A stretch of 62,886 nucleotides of DNA, the filler included, from Octopus bimaculoides (taxonomy: Eukaryota): assembly GCF_001194135.2 (NCBI RefSeq). It is 7 parts of 7 records of this genome, joined end to end, with 100 filler letters (N's around TTAATTAATTAA, not from the genome) between each part and the next. Parts side by side here need not be neighbours in the genome. Positions count along the whole stretch, not along the records: positions 1 to 30,330 come from NC_068988.1; positions 30,431 to 39,107 come from NC_068987.1; 5 more parts are not named here. One strand, written 5' to 3'. The notes under the pieces are model-generated. The model saw nothing but the letters and a program-made list of their open reading frames with translations. It made no database searches and had not been told where the DNA came from. Shown here in pieces: positions 24,541-38,073 of the stretch (its first letter is position 1; the number at the start of each line of letters is the position of its first letter). The position numbers and the translations under genes are program-made.

Positions 24541-24620
24541 GAGGAGGAGAAGAAGAAGAAGAAGAAGAAGAAGAAGAAGAAAAAGAAGAAGAAGAAGAAG
24601 AAGAAGAAGAAGAAGAAGGA
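24541..24620 (+). repeat. (GAA)n/(GGA)n microsatellite
   Basis: About 25 GAA/GGA units. Source of the spurious poly-Arg ORF. Confidence 0.95.
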
Positions 24621-25282
24621 GTTACCTGTACCTCACACTAAGATATATATGTGTGTGTATTTTGTGTTCATATGTAAATGCATATGCATGTGTGAGTAGA
24701 CAGGTGTATTGGAATTGAATTTGACTGATAGTCCAATCTGTTAAAAATAGCAAGCAAAGTTTCCACCACTTCAAATGCTACTATCTAATACATCTAATAT
24801 TAGATATCTAAAATAATCCACCATCGCTGTCATAATCTTTTGAGATAATGTACTCTTAAATACATCTATATAATTAGGAAGGTCCTTATAATTAGGTTTT
24901 GATCATAGTTTGCTTGAATGAGGTTGTCCAAGTGCTAAATAACAATAATGAACTTCATTTCAAATAAAGTAATAAATTTCATTCTATTTGTTACTCATAA
25001 GTATGAAGGAGACAGCAAAGGAAAACAGCATATGACAAGATGCTGGGTTTCAAAAACAACCAATCAAATCCTTGCACATGTGGAAAAATTAAGGTAGTGG
25101 TAGCAGTGGGGACAGTGACTTTGACAATGATGACAGGAAGGGGTGAGAAGAGAAAGGGAAGGGGAGGGCAGTAGTAGTAGTAGGAAGAAGGATGGGAAAC
25201 ACAATTGACTTTCACAGAATTTGAACTCAGAGCAAAGATTGCTGGAATATATACCACTCTTTGTTCTACCCGTTTACTCTTT

Positions 25283-25672
25283 TACTTGTTTCAGGCATTT
25301 GACTGCGGCCATGCTGGAGCACCGCCTTTAGTCGAGCAAATCGACCCTGAGACTTATTCTTTGTAAGCCTGGTACTTATTCTATCGGCCTCTTTTGCTGA
25401 GCGGCTAGGTGACAGGGACATAAAAACATCAGCATCGGTTGTCAAGCAATGCTAGGGGGGACAACACAGACACACAAACATGCACACACACATATATATA
25501 CATATATATGACGGGCTTCTTTCAGTTTCCGTCTACCAAATCCACTCACAAGGCTTTGGTCTGCCCGAGGCTATAGTAGAAGACACTTGCCCAAGATGCC
25601 ATGCAGTGGGATGGAACCTGGATCCATGTGGTTGGTAAGCAAGCTACTTACCACACAGCCACTCCTGCGCCT
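25283..25672 (-). mobile_element. SINE family A, full length, relatively young
   Basis: Complete head-to-tail copy. Retains CpGs (GACTGCGGCC, CACCGCC, GTCGAGC) that neighbouring copies have lost. Confidence 0.9.
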
Positions 25673-26672
25673 AACTTTGACTTTTCTTTGAAATATTATT
25701 TCAATCTTGTTATTTTAATAACGATCATATATAGATCTAATTAAACACAACTTTCCATTTACATGTTAAGCATAATCCCTCAACACTCCTTAGAATTGCA
25801 TGGGATAAATTATTATTCAGTATTATATATTCTGGACATGAAATAATACCAGAAGATTTATACTTCAAGATGTTACTCTTGTCCAACACTTTAGATGCTT
25901 CTCTTGCTATCACTAAGCCAATCCCATTATTCTTTACTGTTCATACAACTGAGTGCATGTATGTATATGTTTCATATGTGTGTATATGTTTCATATGTGT
26001 GTATATGTGTATATATGTATCTCTATATGTATCTGATTTAGAGTAGCATGGAAAAGTGAATTTAAAATGATCATTATGAGGATGATGATAATATGTGTGT
26101 GTGTATTTATGTCTGTTCATCAGCATCACATGACAACTGGTGTTAGTTTGTTTGTGTCACTCTAACTTAGCAGTTCAGCAAAAGAAGGTCAACAGAATAA
26201 GTAACAGACTTAAAAAATAAGTACTGAGGTCAATTCGTTTGACTAAAACCGTTCAAAGTGGTGCCCCAGTATGGCCACAATTCTATGACTGAAACAAATA
26301 AAAGACAAAAGATGTCCCCTTGTGCACGCACACAGACGTACCTGTGCCTTATATTTCTGGAATCTGGACAGCTTCCCAGCTGGCCAGCGCCTGTTAAACC
26401 TTCCAACCCATGCCAGCATGGAAAATGGGCGTTATCCCATGTAATATGGACGATAATGGTGATGATGATGTTGATACAGTATTCTATTATTTAAAACAGT
26501 TTGATTCAGTTCCATGCTACTTAAAGATTTAGAGGCCCCCTAATGGGAGCCTGACTCCTTTTCATTTTTGGAACACCAAATGGAGAGATACAGAAAGTCC
26601 AAGATGGAAATCCTTTCATTTGTCCACTCACTCATACATACATACATACTTAGACACACACACACACACACA

Positions 26673-27326
26673 CAGCATGTCCCAAAAGTCACTGATGGGT
26701 TTCAGTTTCTAATAGCGTACTTAACTATACAAATAAATGCATGAAATGTTGATACAATGTAAAGGACATAATGCAAAGTAATGTGTATAAGTCAAATTTT
26801 GCAATACTACTACATCACATAGGAAAAATGACATCGCTTACATGGCAGCCATTTTCAGCTTTGCATGCCTGTGCTCTTTCCAAAACTTACACCATAACAC
26901 CCTCAAGAGTTTCAGACCAAGCTAGTCAAGTCTGGAGAACATGAAGGCCAGTTGACATTGCTGTAGCAGGAGATTATTCTCTCTCCAAAGCACTGCCATA
27001 GCAACTGCATTGTTTCTCTTGCAGTATGAGCAGTTCCCCATCTTGCTGAAAGAACGTGTGAGGTTTACTTTGACTGGCCTTCACGTTCCCCAGACTTGAC
27101 TAGCCCAGATACCTGAAAGAGAGGGTTTACATCAGCAAACCAGAGACCCTGGTGCAGTTGAAGGAGAACATCAATAGAGAAATCAGAGAAGTGGGGTCTG
27201 AAGCTCCTGAGTGTGTTATGGAGCAAGTTTGGAAAGAGCATGGGCATGCAAAGCCAAAAATGGCTGCCATTTAAGCAATGTCATTTTTTCATATGTGATG
27301 TAGTGGTGTTGCAACATTTGACTTGT
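26673..27326. mobile_element. Two inverted DD41D (rosa/VS-like) Tc1/mariner 3' fragments
   Basis: Minus copy about 27064 to 26673 reads FQQDG.TAHTARETMQLL..CFGERIIS...VNWP..SPDLTS. Plus copy about 27068-27326 reads DWPSRSPDLTSPD..LKERVY.SKPETL..LKENI. Combining the two copies gives 41 residues between the 2nd and 3rd Asp. Confidence 0.8.
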
Positions 27327-28699
27327 GCCCAGGGTTAACATAGTTAATTTATACTGCTAGCAATAATGGGTATTCTTATCCCTTAGATGATTATTCCAAC
27401 CGCTAGCTCTACTTACCTAAATATATATATATATATATAAATTATTACAAATTAAAAGGGTAAAGATTTATCAATTTATTAATTTATTAATAAATCAACA
27501 ATTAATAATTTTTACCAAGCCCTTCGGTATGTAAGCACCATTATCAGTGGAGAACTTATTTAAAAGTTCCCATACATTTATAAACATAATTAAGGGATCA
27601 GCAAGCATTTGCTTCACCATATACCGAAGTTCAGAAATAGCAGCTAAAAAAGCTGAAACTCCAACAGATAACATNNNNNNNNNNNNNNNNNNNNNNNNNN
27701 NNNNNNNNNNNNNNNNNNNNNNNNNNNNNNNNNNNNNNNNNNNNNNNNNNNNNNNNNNNNNNNNNNNNNNNNNNNNNNNNNNNNNNNNNNNNNNNNNNNN
27801 NNNNNNNNNNNNNNNNNNNNNNNNNNNNNNNNNNNNNNNNNNNNNNNNNNNNNNNNNNNNNNNNNNNNNNNNNNNNNNNNNNNNNNNNNNNNNNNNNNNN
27901 NNNNNNNNNNNNNNNNNNNNNNNNNNNNNNNNNNNNNNNNNNNNNNNNNNNNNNNNNNNNNNNNNNNNNNNNNNNNNNNNNNNNNNNNNNNNNNNNNNNN
28001 NNNNNNNNNNNNNNNNNNNNNNNNNNNNNNNNNNNNNNNNNNNNNNNNNNNNNNNNNNNNNNNNNNNNNNNNNNNNNNNNNNNNNNNNNNNNNNNNNNNN
28101 NNNNNNNNNNNNNNNNNNNNNNNNNNNNNNNNNNNNNNNNNNNNNNNNNNNNNNNNNNNNNNNNNNNNNNNNNNNNNNNNNNNNNNNNNNNNNNNNNNNN
28201 NNNNNNNNNNNNNNNNNNNNNNNNNNNNNNNNNNNNNNNNNNNNNNNNNNNTTCCAACTCTGTCTGTGTTTTATGTTTTTCATTTATATTCTTGTAAAAT
28301 TTCTGTGGGATATAGAATATGGAATATATAATATATAATATAAAAAAAGATGGATGGTACAATGAAATGAAGTATTGAATGTCTTATTGAATATATGGAA
28401 TATATCTTATTGAATATATGAAATACTGAGTGTTCAATATAAAGGATTAAATATATAAAGGCGAATACGTATTTTCTATACCTTGTGGTATTTCATCATG
28501 GCCGGTATGACAGACTAACAGACTGGCTGGTTTTCTGTCTTTTATACCTATTCCTTTGGACAGCAGCAGTATATATATACACATACACACACACATAGAT
28601 AGTGTAAATGTAATGAGAAAAAAGAAAAAGGATAACACATGAAGGAGGGACAAGTTTTGGTAGATAGTGCATTTGCTTAACATTGAAACAGAAAAAAAT

Positions 28700-30286
28700 G
28701 GTTTAAGATTTTGAACATTAGTCGTTTATCAATAGAAAAGAATACAAGGAGTGAAGAAAAAGAAGGAGTGGTTGAGAAAAAAGGAAAGAAGGAAAATAAA
28801 TGGGTGAAGAGGTAGGATTCACGTGGAAATGTAGGTCTGTGGAGGGGGAGTTAGGAAGGAAAGAGAAGGTGTGCAGGTGCAGATATAAGAGTGTAACCAT
28901 GTTTTGAGATAAGCATAAGGAGCTAGGGGTTAGTAGTGTGCATGTGTTGCTTTGGGACATGTGATTGTTTGTAGAGTTGTGTAAGTGCAGAAATGGGATA
29001 GTGGGGATTGGAGATGTTGGTGTGTGCACAATTGTATTGAGTGTGCATGAAGGAACTGTGGAATTGAAGAAGAGGGACAGGGTGCATGAGTAAAGTAAGA
29101 GTCAAGACATGACAAATGTGGAGGGTGTGATAAAAGGGTGTGCACGAGTATGGATGTGAAACATAGCTGCATGGAAGGAAAACATGAACAAGAAAAGTGA
29201 TGGAGGGAGAAAACAAGGCATTCAAAGTTATTTTGTTCTGTGAAAGAAAAAAATTAGTGAAACATGTGGCATACACATGAGAGGAATACATGTGTTGGAT
29301 TGTAAAGGGTATACAAATGAACAAGACAAAAGAAAAGAAAACATGCAAATTTAGGGAAAGAAAAGGTATGAGAGAAAAACTGGAGAAAAATTGATTACAA
29401 TATAACACTAATATATCTACTTCAAATAATTACAAGTTCTGTGCAAGAAGAAATTAAAAAAACTACACAGTAAAAAGAGAAAAGAGCAGGAGGCTACAAA
29501 TCTGGTACTAAGTCTGGAGTAATAGAAATGTCCATAGTATGCTGAGAAACCTATTAAAAGGAAAATTAGGTGAGGCATAGAGAGGGGCAAGAAGAATGTG
29601 GTAGATGTTTTAGCATCTGTGGTAGATAAACCATTTGTAACAAAAGAGAATTTTTTTTTTTAATTACACAGCTAGTAGTAAGTCTTCAGAATCCAAAAAT
29701 GTTGAAGAAATGGTAAATTCTACAGGGAGAAAAATCGATAAAAATTAGCTGAAGAGAGTTGAGTTGAAGTTTATGGTGCTGGAGAATATGGTACAAACAT
29801 GTGGTGGAGGAAAAGGGTAGGAAAACAAATCTCTTTTGACAGAAGAGTGAAAAGGAAGGGAAGGAAGAACCACAGGAAATAGAAAACAGTGTAACACACA
29901 TGTTGCCAAGCTCAGTGTGAAACACAGTTGTTAAGTAAAGTGCGAGTAGTGGAATGAGGAGGAATATATGTGAGTGATTGAGAATATGTGAGTATAAGTA
30001 TGTGTATGAGTGATGTGCATTCTTGTGTAAGTGGGCAATGTTTGTGTGTGTGAGATTTCTGAAACAGAATGTCTTGTAAAGAAGTTTTAGTTAACATTTC
30101 TTGTAAGTTTAAGTGATCACAAATCTATTAGGGACTCCTTCTGCTCTTTTGGCTGTCTGGTTGATTTGATTGATAGAATAAGGGTATGAGAAGGTGGCAT
30201 GGAGCTGATCAAGTAGAGAGGAAGACGAGTGGTGTTTGTGCAGATGATGTGATGGGTTGGTAAATTATTGTTGTGGATGTAGTGGA

Positions 30287-30290
<4 letters not shown>
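28700..30290 (-). mobile_element. Possible highly decayed Penelope-like element
   Basis: Strongly purine-biased plus strand. Scattered minus-strand remnants (Y..YNPTH...SSH, EQNNFE) resemble PLE RT thumb motifs. Weak. Confidence 0.35.
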
Positions 30291-30330
<40 letters not shown>

Positions 30331-30430
30331 NNNNNNNNNNNNNNNNNNNNNNNNNNNNNNNNNNNNNNNNNNNNTTAATTAATTAANNNNNNNNNNNNNN
30401 NNNNNNNNNNNNNNNNNNNNNNNNNNNNNN
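30331..30430. other. Artificial scaffold spacer (44N-TTAATTAATTAA-44N), 1 of 6
   Basis: Identical 100-bp structure at 30331-30430, 39108-39207, 44807-44906, 54320-54419, 58523-58622 and 60920-61019. Confidence 0.95.
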
Positions 30431-30528
30431 ATATATATGGGAGAATATACAAATAATAACAACAGACGAGGACAGGTGGTGTAAATAACAAAAGTATATA
30501 TTAGTATGACGCTCGGGAATACGGAAAG

Positions 30529-30565
30529 TCTTTGACGTTTCGAGCTACGCTCTTCAACAGAAAGA
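30529..30565 (-). ncRNA. Minimal type-I hammerhead ribozyme-like motif (A6U core variant)
   Basis: Minus strand UCUUU-CUGUUGA-A-GAG cguag CUC-GAAAC-GUC-AAAGA: perfect 5-bp stem I, 3-bp stem II, GUC triplet. Confidence 0.6.
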
Positions 30566-31199
30566 ATACGGAGACAAGGAGAAAAACACGGAGAAAAAAA
30601 GTGAATAGTGTTCAGTCAACGGTCAATCATAATAATGTATCGTTATCATCATCATATTTTTCTATGCTGGCATGGGTTAGATGGTTTGACAGGGTCTGAC
30701 GAGCTACAGAAGCTGCGTCAGGTTTCAATGTCAGCTTCGGCACGGTTTCTGCGACTGGATGTACTTTCTATTTATAATTTATAGATATCTGAAACCTCGT
30801 GAATCCTTTCTCCGAGTTTTTTTTTAAAAACTGCAGATGATTATGAAAGAAACATGTGTGTGTAAAAAAAATAACAACACAATATTGGAAATTACTTATT
30901 TTGATTAAGTATTTTAAAAAGTGGTGGCTAAATAGATATCATAATAATCCAGATTTTGTAGACTTCGTTGATTAAGGCAACCATTTGGAAGTACATAATA
31001 AATTATATACTTTGAAAAATGCTAGCTCTAACCAAGAATTTCTAAGCGCTTATTTAAACCTTTGTCATCTTGCTACGCATATTTAAACAAAATCTATTAC
31101 AACCATACTATGACCTAGAAACGACCATTGGACTGAATTGGATTTTAAGTTCCACAGAACAGATTTAGGACAAAAAAACTCTTTCAACTTTCTTAAACG

Positions 31200-31500
31200 T
31201 AAACATATGTTGATAAAACGAATTTTAAGCAATTCTCCGACACTTCTATATGAGTTCTGGAAGAACTGTTATGGTCAGCTTTGACTTCAGCACAATAACC
31301 TAACGGTACCAACATAGAACAGTTCCTGTTAAGGGGGAAATTGTTGATGCATAGGTTTCTTGAATTGAAATGATTAATGGATCTTGCAAAATTTTTACAA
31401 CCTGAAGAGCTTTCGTTCTCGCATAATTTTTATAGCAGTTATGACATTTGTGATTTATTGCAAATCGAAAAATGATCACCTTTAATAAGATCGGTAGCAA
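31200..31500 (+). mobile_element. Possible hAT (Charlie/Buster-like) transposase relic
   Basis: Frameshifted ...TV..LRGKLL.HRFLELK resembles the VRWLSRGK.L.RF.EL motif. Confidence 0.4.
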
Positions 31501-31909
31501 GAATCTCGGAATAATGATTTGTGAAGTTCTAATTTATAGTAAACTATATCACTCTACTCCCTGTATTCAATATTCTCTTTTCTTCTGCTTGTTTACAATT
31601 ACGTATTTACACACATATGTGATATGTATGTAAATGTGAGCTTGTGTGAATATAAAAGTCGTGCAATGCAAGTCTACAATTATTTTTCGTTTAAAATAAA
31701 ACATGATCATTTTACTAAATACGATATTTACAATACAGTTCGATATTTCGAGTTAAATAAATTCGTTATCAAGCAGAAATTATATAAGAGTTAAAATATT
31801 ATAAGAATCGTCTTCCTTCACATTCAACATCAGCAACATTTAAAGTTTGCACCGTGAACCGCCTCTTCGATTCATCCATACCTTGCGAAGTTGTCAGCCA
31901 TGAGAAAAA

Positions 31910-32190
31910 GCAAAGGTTTTCAACCGGGGTTCGTATGGCCCCTGGGCGGTCTATATAAGATTTGGAGGAGTCCACGCAAATGAGATACTAAATCAAGGAT
32001 CCACAGTAGCATTTTAAGGGTCCATGAAAACATGTTGCTTTAGATGGGTCTATTGCAAAAAACAGCTAAGTTTCTCTCTCTAACGCTTTCCCGGCTACGG
32101 AAACGTGTTCTCTCAGTGAGTTCTATAGGAAACCTATACAAGTGAATGTGTGAAAAACAAAACAAAAATTTTGAAGGAGGTATCTATAAA
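31910..32190 (-). mobile_element. hAT-type MITE (same family as 4380-5245)
   Basis: Matches the reverse complement of 5020-5245 (GGATCC...GCATTTTAAGGG...TTGCTTTAGATG...AATGTGTGAAAAACAAAA). Confidence 0.6.
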
Positions 32191-32191
32191 A

Positions 32192-32224
<33 letters not shown>

Positions 32225-35008
32225 CTAATAGTCAAGAGGAAAGGCAATGCTCATGAGACGACTTTCCAGATCCTTTGAGATTTGTAGGAAAGAGGGAAAG
32301 AAAGTATCCTAAAACCGGACTCTTGCAACAGAGTGAATTCTGTTAAAGGCAACCAAGAGGGTAAGTGATGAGACGGGCTAACTCTACCACCCAAGTAGCC
32401 AATGGTGGGATTTAAATTCGAACGCAAAGGATTGGGTCAAATACTGCAATGTTTGCAGTCCAACGTTCTCAATGTTCCGCTAATCCACCGCTCTAGGTTG
32501 ATATTTTTTATCGAATGGAAGTCAATGTCCACTTCGACGGGTTTGAACGCGAAGCTGAAAGCTGAGACAAATACCACGAAGCATTCTATCCGAAGCTCTA
32601 GCAACTCCGTCAATTACCGAATATATGAATAGTTTCCATATGCTACAGCGATATGTCCAGAAAGAAAATCAATTTTCTATTGTCGGGTAAAATTTTCTAA
32701 TCTTCTCTTCCCAGTTCTGATGTTCAAATATAGCCCAACAAACATTTCTTTGTGAAATAATTTTCTCGTGATCCCGACAAGATCTAACTATATTTAAAAC
32801 TGAGAAAATGTTTTTCTACATTTGTTTAGTCATTCCGTTTAGACCTAAAATAGATTAGTGAATAGAAACTTTCTGTGAAGCAAAGGTCACGGTAACAATA
32901 CTGTGTCACTCGGTCTACAATCGATCTTGTGAATATTTTTCTTCTTTATATCATATTTTTGTCTGTTATCAGAAAATGGCTGATTTGAAGGAAACCTGAA
33001 AAACGGTCGAAAAATCTCTGGTTCGAAACAGAATACCAAGGCAATAAGCAGAATCTAGTTTTTACTGTTGTTTAATCTTCGATCAACTTTCATTAAGTAT
33101 ACCTTTGACTTATGTGGCCATCGAGCTTTCTATCCGGGATAACAATATTTCAGTATGTCTTTTTTTCTTACAACGATGTAATTTAGGAGATTTACTGCTG
33201 CTGATGCTGCTACTGCTACTGCTAGTAGTAGAAGTAGTAGTAGTAGTAGTAGTAGTCCAACTTCGATTGATGACACTATGAGGTTCAGAACTCCATAGCG
33301 TTTTCAATTAGCTAAAGTGAGTTGATGAGTCGCCAGTTCTATCAACTGGCAAGCAATCAACTAGATTGATTGACCCTAGACTGACCATTAGCTGACTGTA
33401 TCGTGTAATTTCATCGTATGAAGAGGATACGTCAAATGAAGATCAATGCACCCATCTTCGCATACGCCATGCTGCTCCCCAAGACTTCGCCATGACCCTG
33501 ACTCGAGGATTTACTGTCACTGAGGTTAACTTCTCTATTTACATACCAGTGGATAGCCATTGACTCTTACAAGTTCTTCCGCCCTTTGGCGGCTTTTGCT
33601 TTTCATCTCACTGGGTGTCCAAATCACTCTCCTCACCAAGCAAGCTTGGTGCTGTTGCTGACGACCCAACCATGCGACAGGTTGTGCTAGGTTACATGTT
33701 ACCAGTAGCACTCGAGAGTGACCTGACATAGGATATTTAGCTGCTATTTACATAGAGGTTCCCTCACTGGTTAGTCTCATTGTTTTGCTTTCAAGATTAG
33801 TATATTTACGCCTAAATTATCTGACTTATCTTCCCATTTTTTTAAGACTGTTATATCTAACAGATTGTGTGGCTGCAATGAGATCGCTCATTTGATTACC
33901 TAGCTGTAAATTGCTAGTTGAGAGCAGACTGCCTCTCGACTGTAAGCAGAAAATGAAAGCTCCGTAAAATCTTAATACGTGTATCGCCAGTACACCCTCC
34001 TAATTTCAGATCTTCATGGATTACAAAAAGTTGATCTTTCTTTCAGTTCTCAGTATTATTTTATACCACGAAAATATCAGTAACCTTTCCAGATATAAAA
34101 AAAAACGGAGTGTAACGTAATACTTTTCGATAAACGTTAAATCCACAATAACTTACAAGAAGATGAGTGGTCAATGGGTGTCACGGTTTAATCACAGGGT
34201 ATGAATTCCATTGCATTGCATGTATTTTTTATGCTGAGACTTTGAATGTATTATTGAAATTAAGGTTTATAAAATGAGCTCGTATTTGTTTTATGATATA
34301 ATTTCAAAGCAAGAACTATCAATATGGGCTTTGAAGGTCATCCTAGCCTAGTGTGACTGATGTGATGGAGGCTTAGTTAGAAGACATGTCAGTCTATGCC
34401 TGTAAGATAATTTAGATTAGGTGAGTTGCAATTCCGGAAGAGTGTTGTACTGGTGAGGACAATGGGTGATGTTTGCAATGCAAAAACATGGAAGATGAGA
34501 TATATGACGAAAAAAATTTGAGACAGGTAGTACGAGTGGTCCTCTGTGGTGAGAGTAAGTTTTAAGGATTTAATTTTGACCTATTTTCATGATGTTTCAT
34601 ATTTAGATGCTTTCATTGAATTTATTCAATTATTAAACGTAAATAAATCTTGGAATTAAATGGTTTTGATTTACTGTCAGTTGACTTTTGGCCAACCCCA
34701 TATATATATATATATATATATATATTTATTACAAATTAAAAGGGTAAAGGATTATCAATTTATTAATTAATAAATCAATTAACAATTAATAATATTTACC
34801 AAGCCCATCGGTATGAAAGCACCATTATTGGTGGAGAACTTATTTAAAAGCTCATATATATTTATAAATATAATTAAGGGATCATTTGTGAGATTCTCAG
34901 CTTTTTTAGCTGCTATTTCTGAACTTCGGTATATGGTGAAGCAAATATTTGCTGATCCCTTAATTATATTTATATANNNNNNNNNNNNNNNNNNNNNNNN
35001 NNNNNNNN

Positions 35009-35039
<31 letters not shown>

Positions 35040-36614
35040 GTGTACAATTTATAATATATATAATTCATATATACACACATAGTACACAAATATTTACCTC
35101 CCACATACACCAAGAATTGCTTTTGTATATCATTCAGGCAATGAGTCGCAAGAACAGCAGTATATTATGAACACAAACGCACATATATCCAAATACCAAA
35201 TAGCTACATTTCCTACGTGTGTGTATGTAGTTTCTAACTTTATCGCACTGTACATTAACCATTAGCCTTTTGACTTCAACTTTTTTGCCCTTTACCAGTC
35301 ATTTTATACGTGTATGTACATACATACATATATACATATATGTATGTATGTATGTATGTGTGTATATATAAAAAGATAGAGAGAGATACGTGCATACATA
35401 TATACATACAAATTATATATNNNNNNNNNNNNNNNNNNNNNNNNNNNNNNNNNNNNNNNNNNNNNNNNNNNNNNNNNNNNNNNNNNNNNNNNNNNNNNNN
35501 NNNNNNNNNNNNNNNNNNNNNNNNNNNNNNNNNNNNNNNNNNNNNNNNNNNNNNNNNNNNNNNNNNNNNNNNNNNNNNNNNNNNNNNNNNNNNNNNNNNN
35601 NNNNNNNNNNNNNNNNNNNNNNNNNNNNNNNNNNNNNNNNNNNNNNNNNNNNNNNNNNNNNNNNNNNNNNNNNNNNNNNNNNNNNNNNNNNNNNNNNNNN
35701 NNNNNNNNNNNNNNNNNNNNNNNNNNNNNNNNNNNNNNNNNNNNNNNNNNNNNNNNNNNNNNNNNNNNNNNNNNNNNNNNNNNNNNNNNNNNNNNNNNNN
35801 NNNNNNNNNNNNNNNNNNNNNNNNNNNNNNNNNNNNNNNNNNNNNNNNNNNNNNNNNNNNNNNNNNNNNNNNNNNNNNNNNNNNNNNNNNNNNNNNNNNN
35901 NNNNNNNNNNNNNNNNNNNNNNNNNNNNNNNNNNNNNNNNNNNNNNNNNNNNNNNNNNNNNNNNNNNNNNNNNNNNNNNNNNNNNNNNNNNNNNNNNNNN
36001 NNNNNNNNNNNNNNNNNNNNNNNNNNNNNNNNNNNNNNNNNNNNNNNNNNNNNNNNNNNNNNNNNNNNNNNNNNNNNNNNNNNNNNNNNNNNNNNNNNNN
36101 NNNNNNNNNNNNNNNNNNNNNNNNNNNNNNNNNNNNNNNNNNNNNNNNNNNNNNNNNNNNNNNNNNNNNNNNNNNNNNNNNNNNNNNNNNNNNNNNNNNN
36201 NNNNNNNNNNNNNNNNNNNNNNNNNNNNNNNNNNNNNNNNNNNNNNNNNNNNNNNNNNNNNNNNNNNNNNNNNNNNNNNNNNNNNNNNNNNNNNNNNNNN
36301 NNNNNNNNNNNTCGATAGATTAATAATTAACAGACGATAAAGTAAAATTGCAGACGATGAATTAGATTATTGTACGCTGTCTATCTTGTTAACATCTGGT
36401 AAATGTCTAGTTTGACGAACCAATGATGGAGAGTTTTCTGTGCAGTTGTTTAGATCTGCTAGAAAAAGCAAACAAATTTTTATCATATTTCGACCTACTG
36501 AATCAGAAAAACAAAAACACATGGAATGGTCCTGGTTGGGATACCTTTCGATCACTTAAACGTTCCTGATCAGAGCTGACCTGGTGCAAAGTTACAATAA
36601 CAATATCTATATCT

Positions 36615-36795
36615 TTTATCTTATTCTTGTTGCAGTCATTAGACTGCGGTCATGCTGAGCTATCACCTTCAAGAATTTTAGTCGTGTGAATCGACCCCAG
36701 TACTTCTTTTTTATTTTTTAAGTCTGGTACTTATTCCATTGGTCCATTTTTCCGAATCGCTAAGTTACGGAGACGCAAACACACAGACACACACT

Positions 36796-36834
<39 letters not shown>

Positions 36835-36980
36835 GTCTGGCATATTTCAGTTTCTCTCTACGAAATACACTCGCAATACTTTGGTCGGCCCGAGGCTATA
36901 GAAGATATTTGCCAAAGGTGCCACGCAGGGAGACTGAACCCGGAACCATTGGTTGGGAAGCGTGCTTCTTACCTGCGCCC
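36615..36980 (-). mobile_element. SINE family A
   Basis: Tail GCAGTCATTAGACTGCGGTCATGCTG through the tRNA-like head, with internal (TA)n. Further partial copies at 14205-14430, 14955-15110, 16275-16435, 16545-16825, 26120-26310, 44495-44700, 46745-46830, 49797-50030 and 56645-56767. Confidence 0.85.
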
Positions 36981-37635
36981 CGACGAGAAAATTTCTATGA
37001 ATCGGTTGTACTTGCAGATATCCTCCCAGAAGATATAGAAAAACAGAAAGGACGGAATCGTCATGAATAGGACGTCTTTGATCAAACATGAAGTTACTCT
37101 ACCAAATCTGACCTAGTGATATTCACCAACATTTGGCTGCGTGATAATGTGAGAAACAAGTGTCTTTGCTATTTGGCCGAACAAGCTTTATTTTTGATTT
37201 TGGGTTTAGATAACATTCTCTCGCATATTCCAAAATTAGGTTAATGTTTATGTATCGCGTTGCGAAGAAACGTAGCAGAACGAGGTGAGGATTCTTTTGT
37301 GGGAGGGGTGCGTGTGTGTGTGCGTGTGAGAAAGAGAGACAGGTTGGGAGGATGCGTGTGTGTGTGTGTCAGTGTGTGCGTTTATCAGTGTGTGTGCTCT
37401 CGCGTGCGTATATGTGTGTTGGCATATTATCCACTAATTTATAATAAATTAAAATTCATTTAAGCTATATGTCTAATATGTATAGTTTTAGTTCGAGTAG
37501 CTACTTCCTTCGTTGGCTACCTTGACGGCAGGGTGTATATGCATGTTAATTTTACGAGCAGGTTGTTCCATTGATCAGATCAACTGGAACACTCATTGTC
37601 GTAACCGACCTAGTACCAACCCATGATATATATAC

Positions 37636-37683
<48 letters not shown>

Positions 37684-37861
37684 GTCCTTGAAATTTCACG
37701 CTGCCTTAGCTTTGTTCTTTCATTTTATATAACATATACATGCTCACACACGACCCGCATTAGACTCTTCTCTCATATTATTATCGAACCGAGCGTCTAA
37801 CAGCGGTCCTTCCGTACCACTTACTTGCCTTCTGGTTTGTTGCATAGCGAAACTTCCCATA

Positions 37862-37930
<69 letters not shown>

Positions 37931-37989
37931 TCCATGTATCATATGTCCAAAAAAGAAGCACACTCTAAAGCGTAGAGCAGTAATGTATT

Positions 37990-38073
37990 TATATGCAGTT
38001 AAGTCTATGTTCGGTCATAGAATGATACTTGCTCCTTTATGGTTACTTTATGATCGGACATAGACTTAACTGC

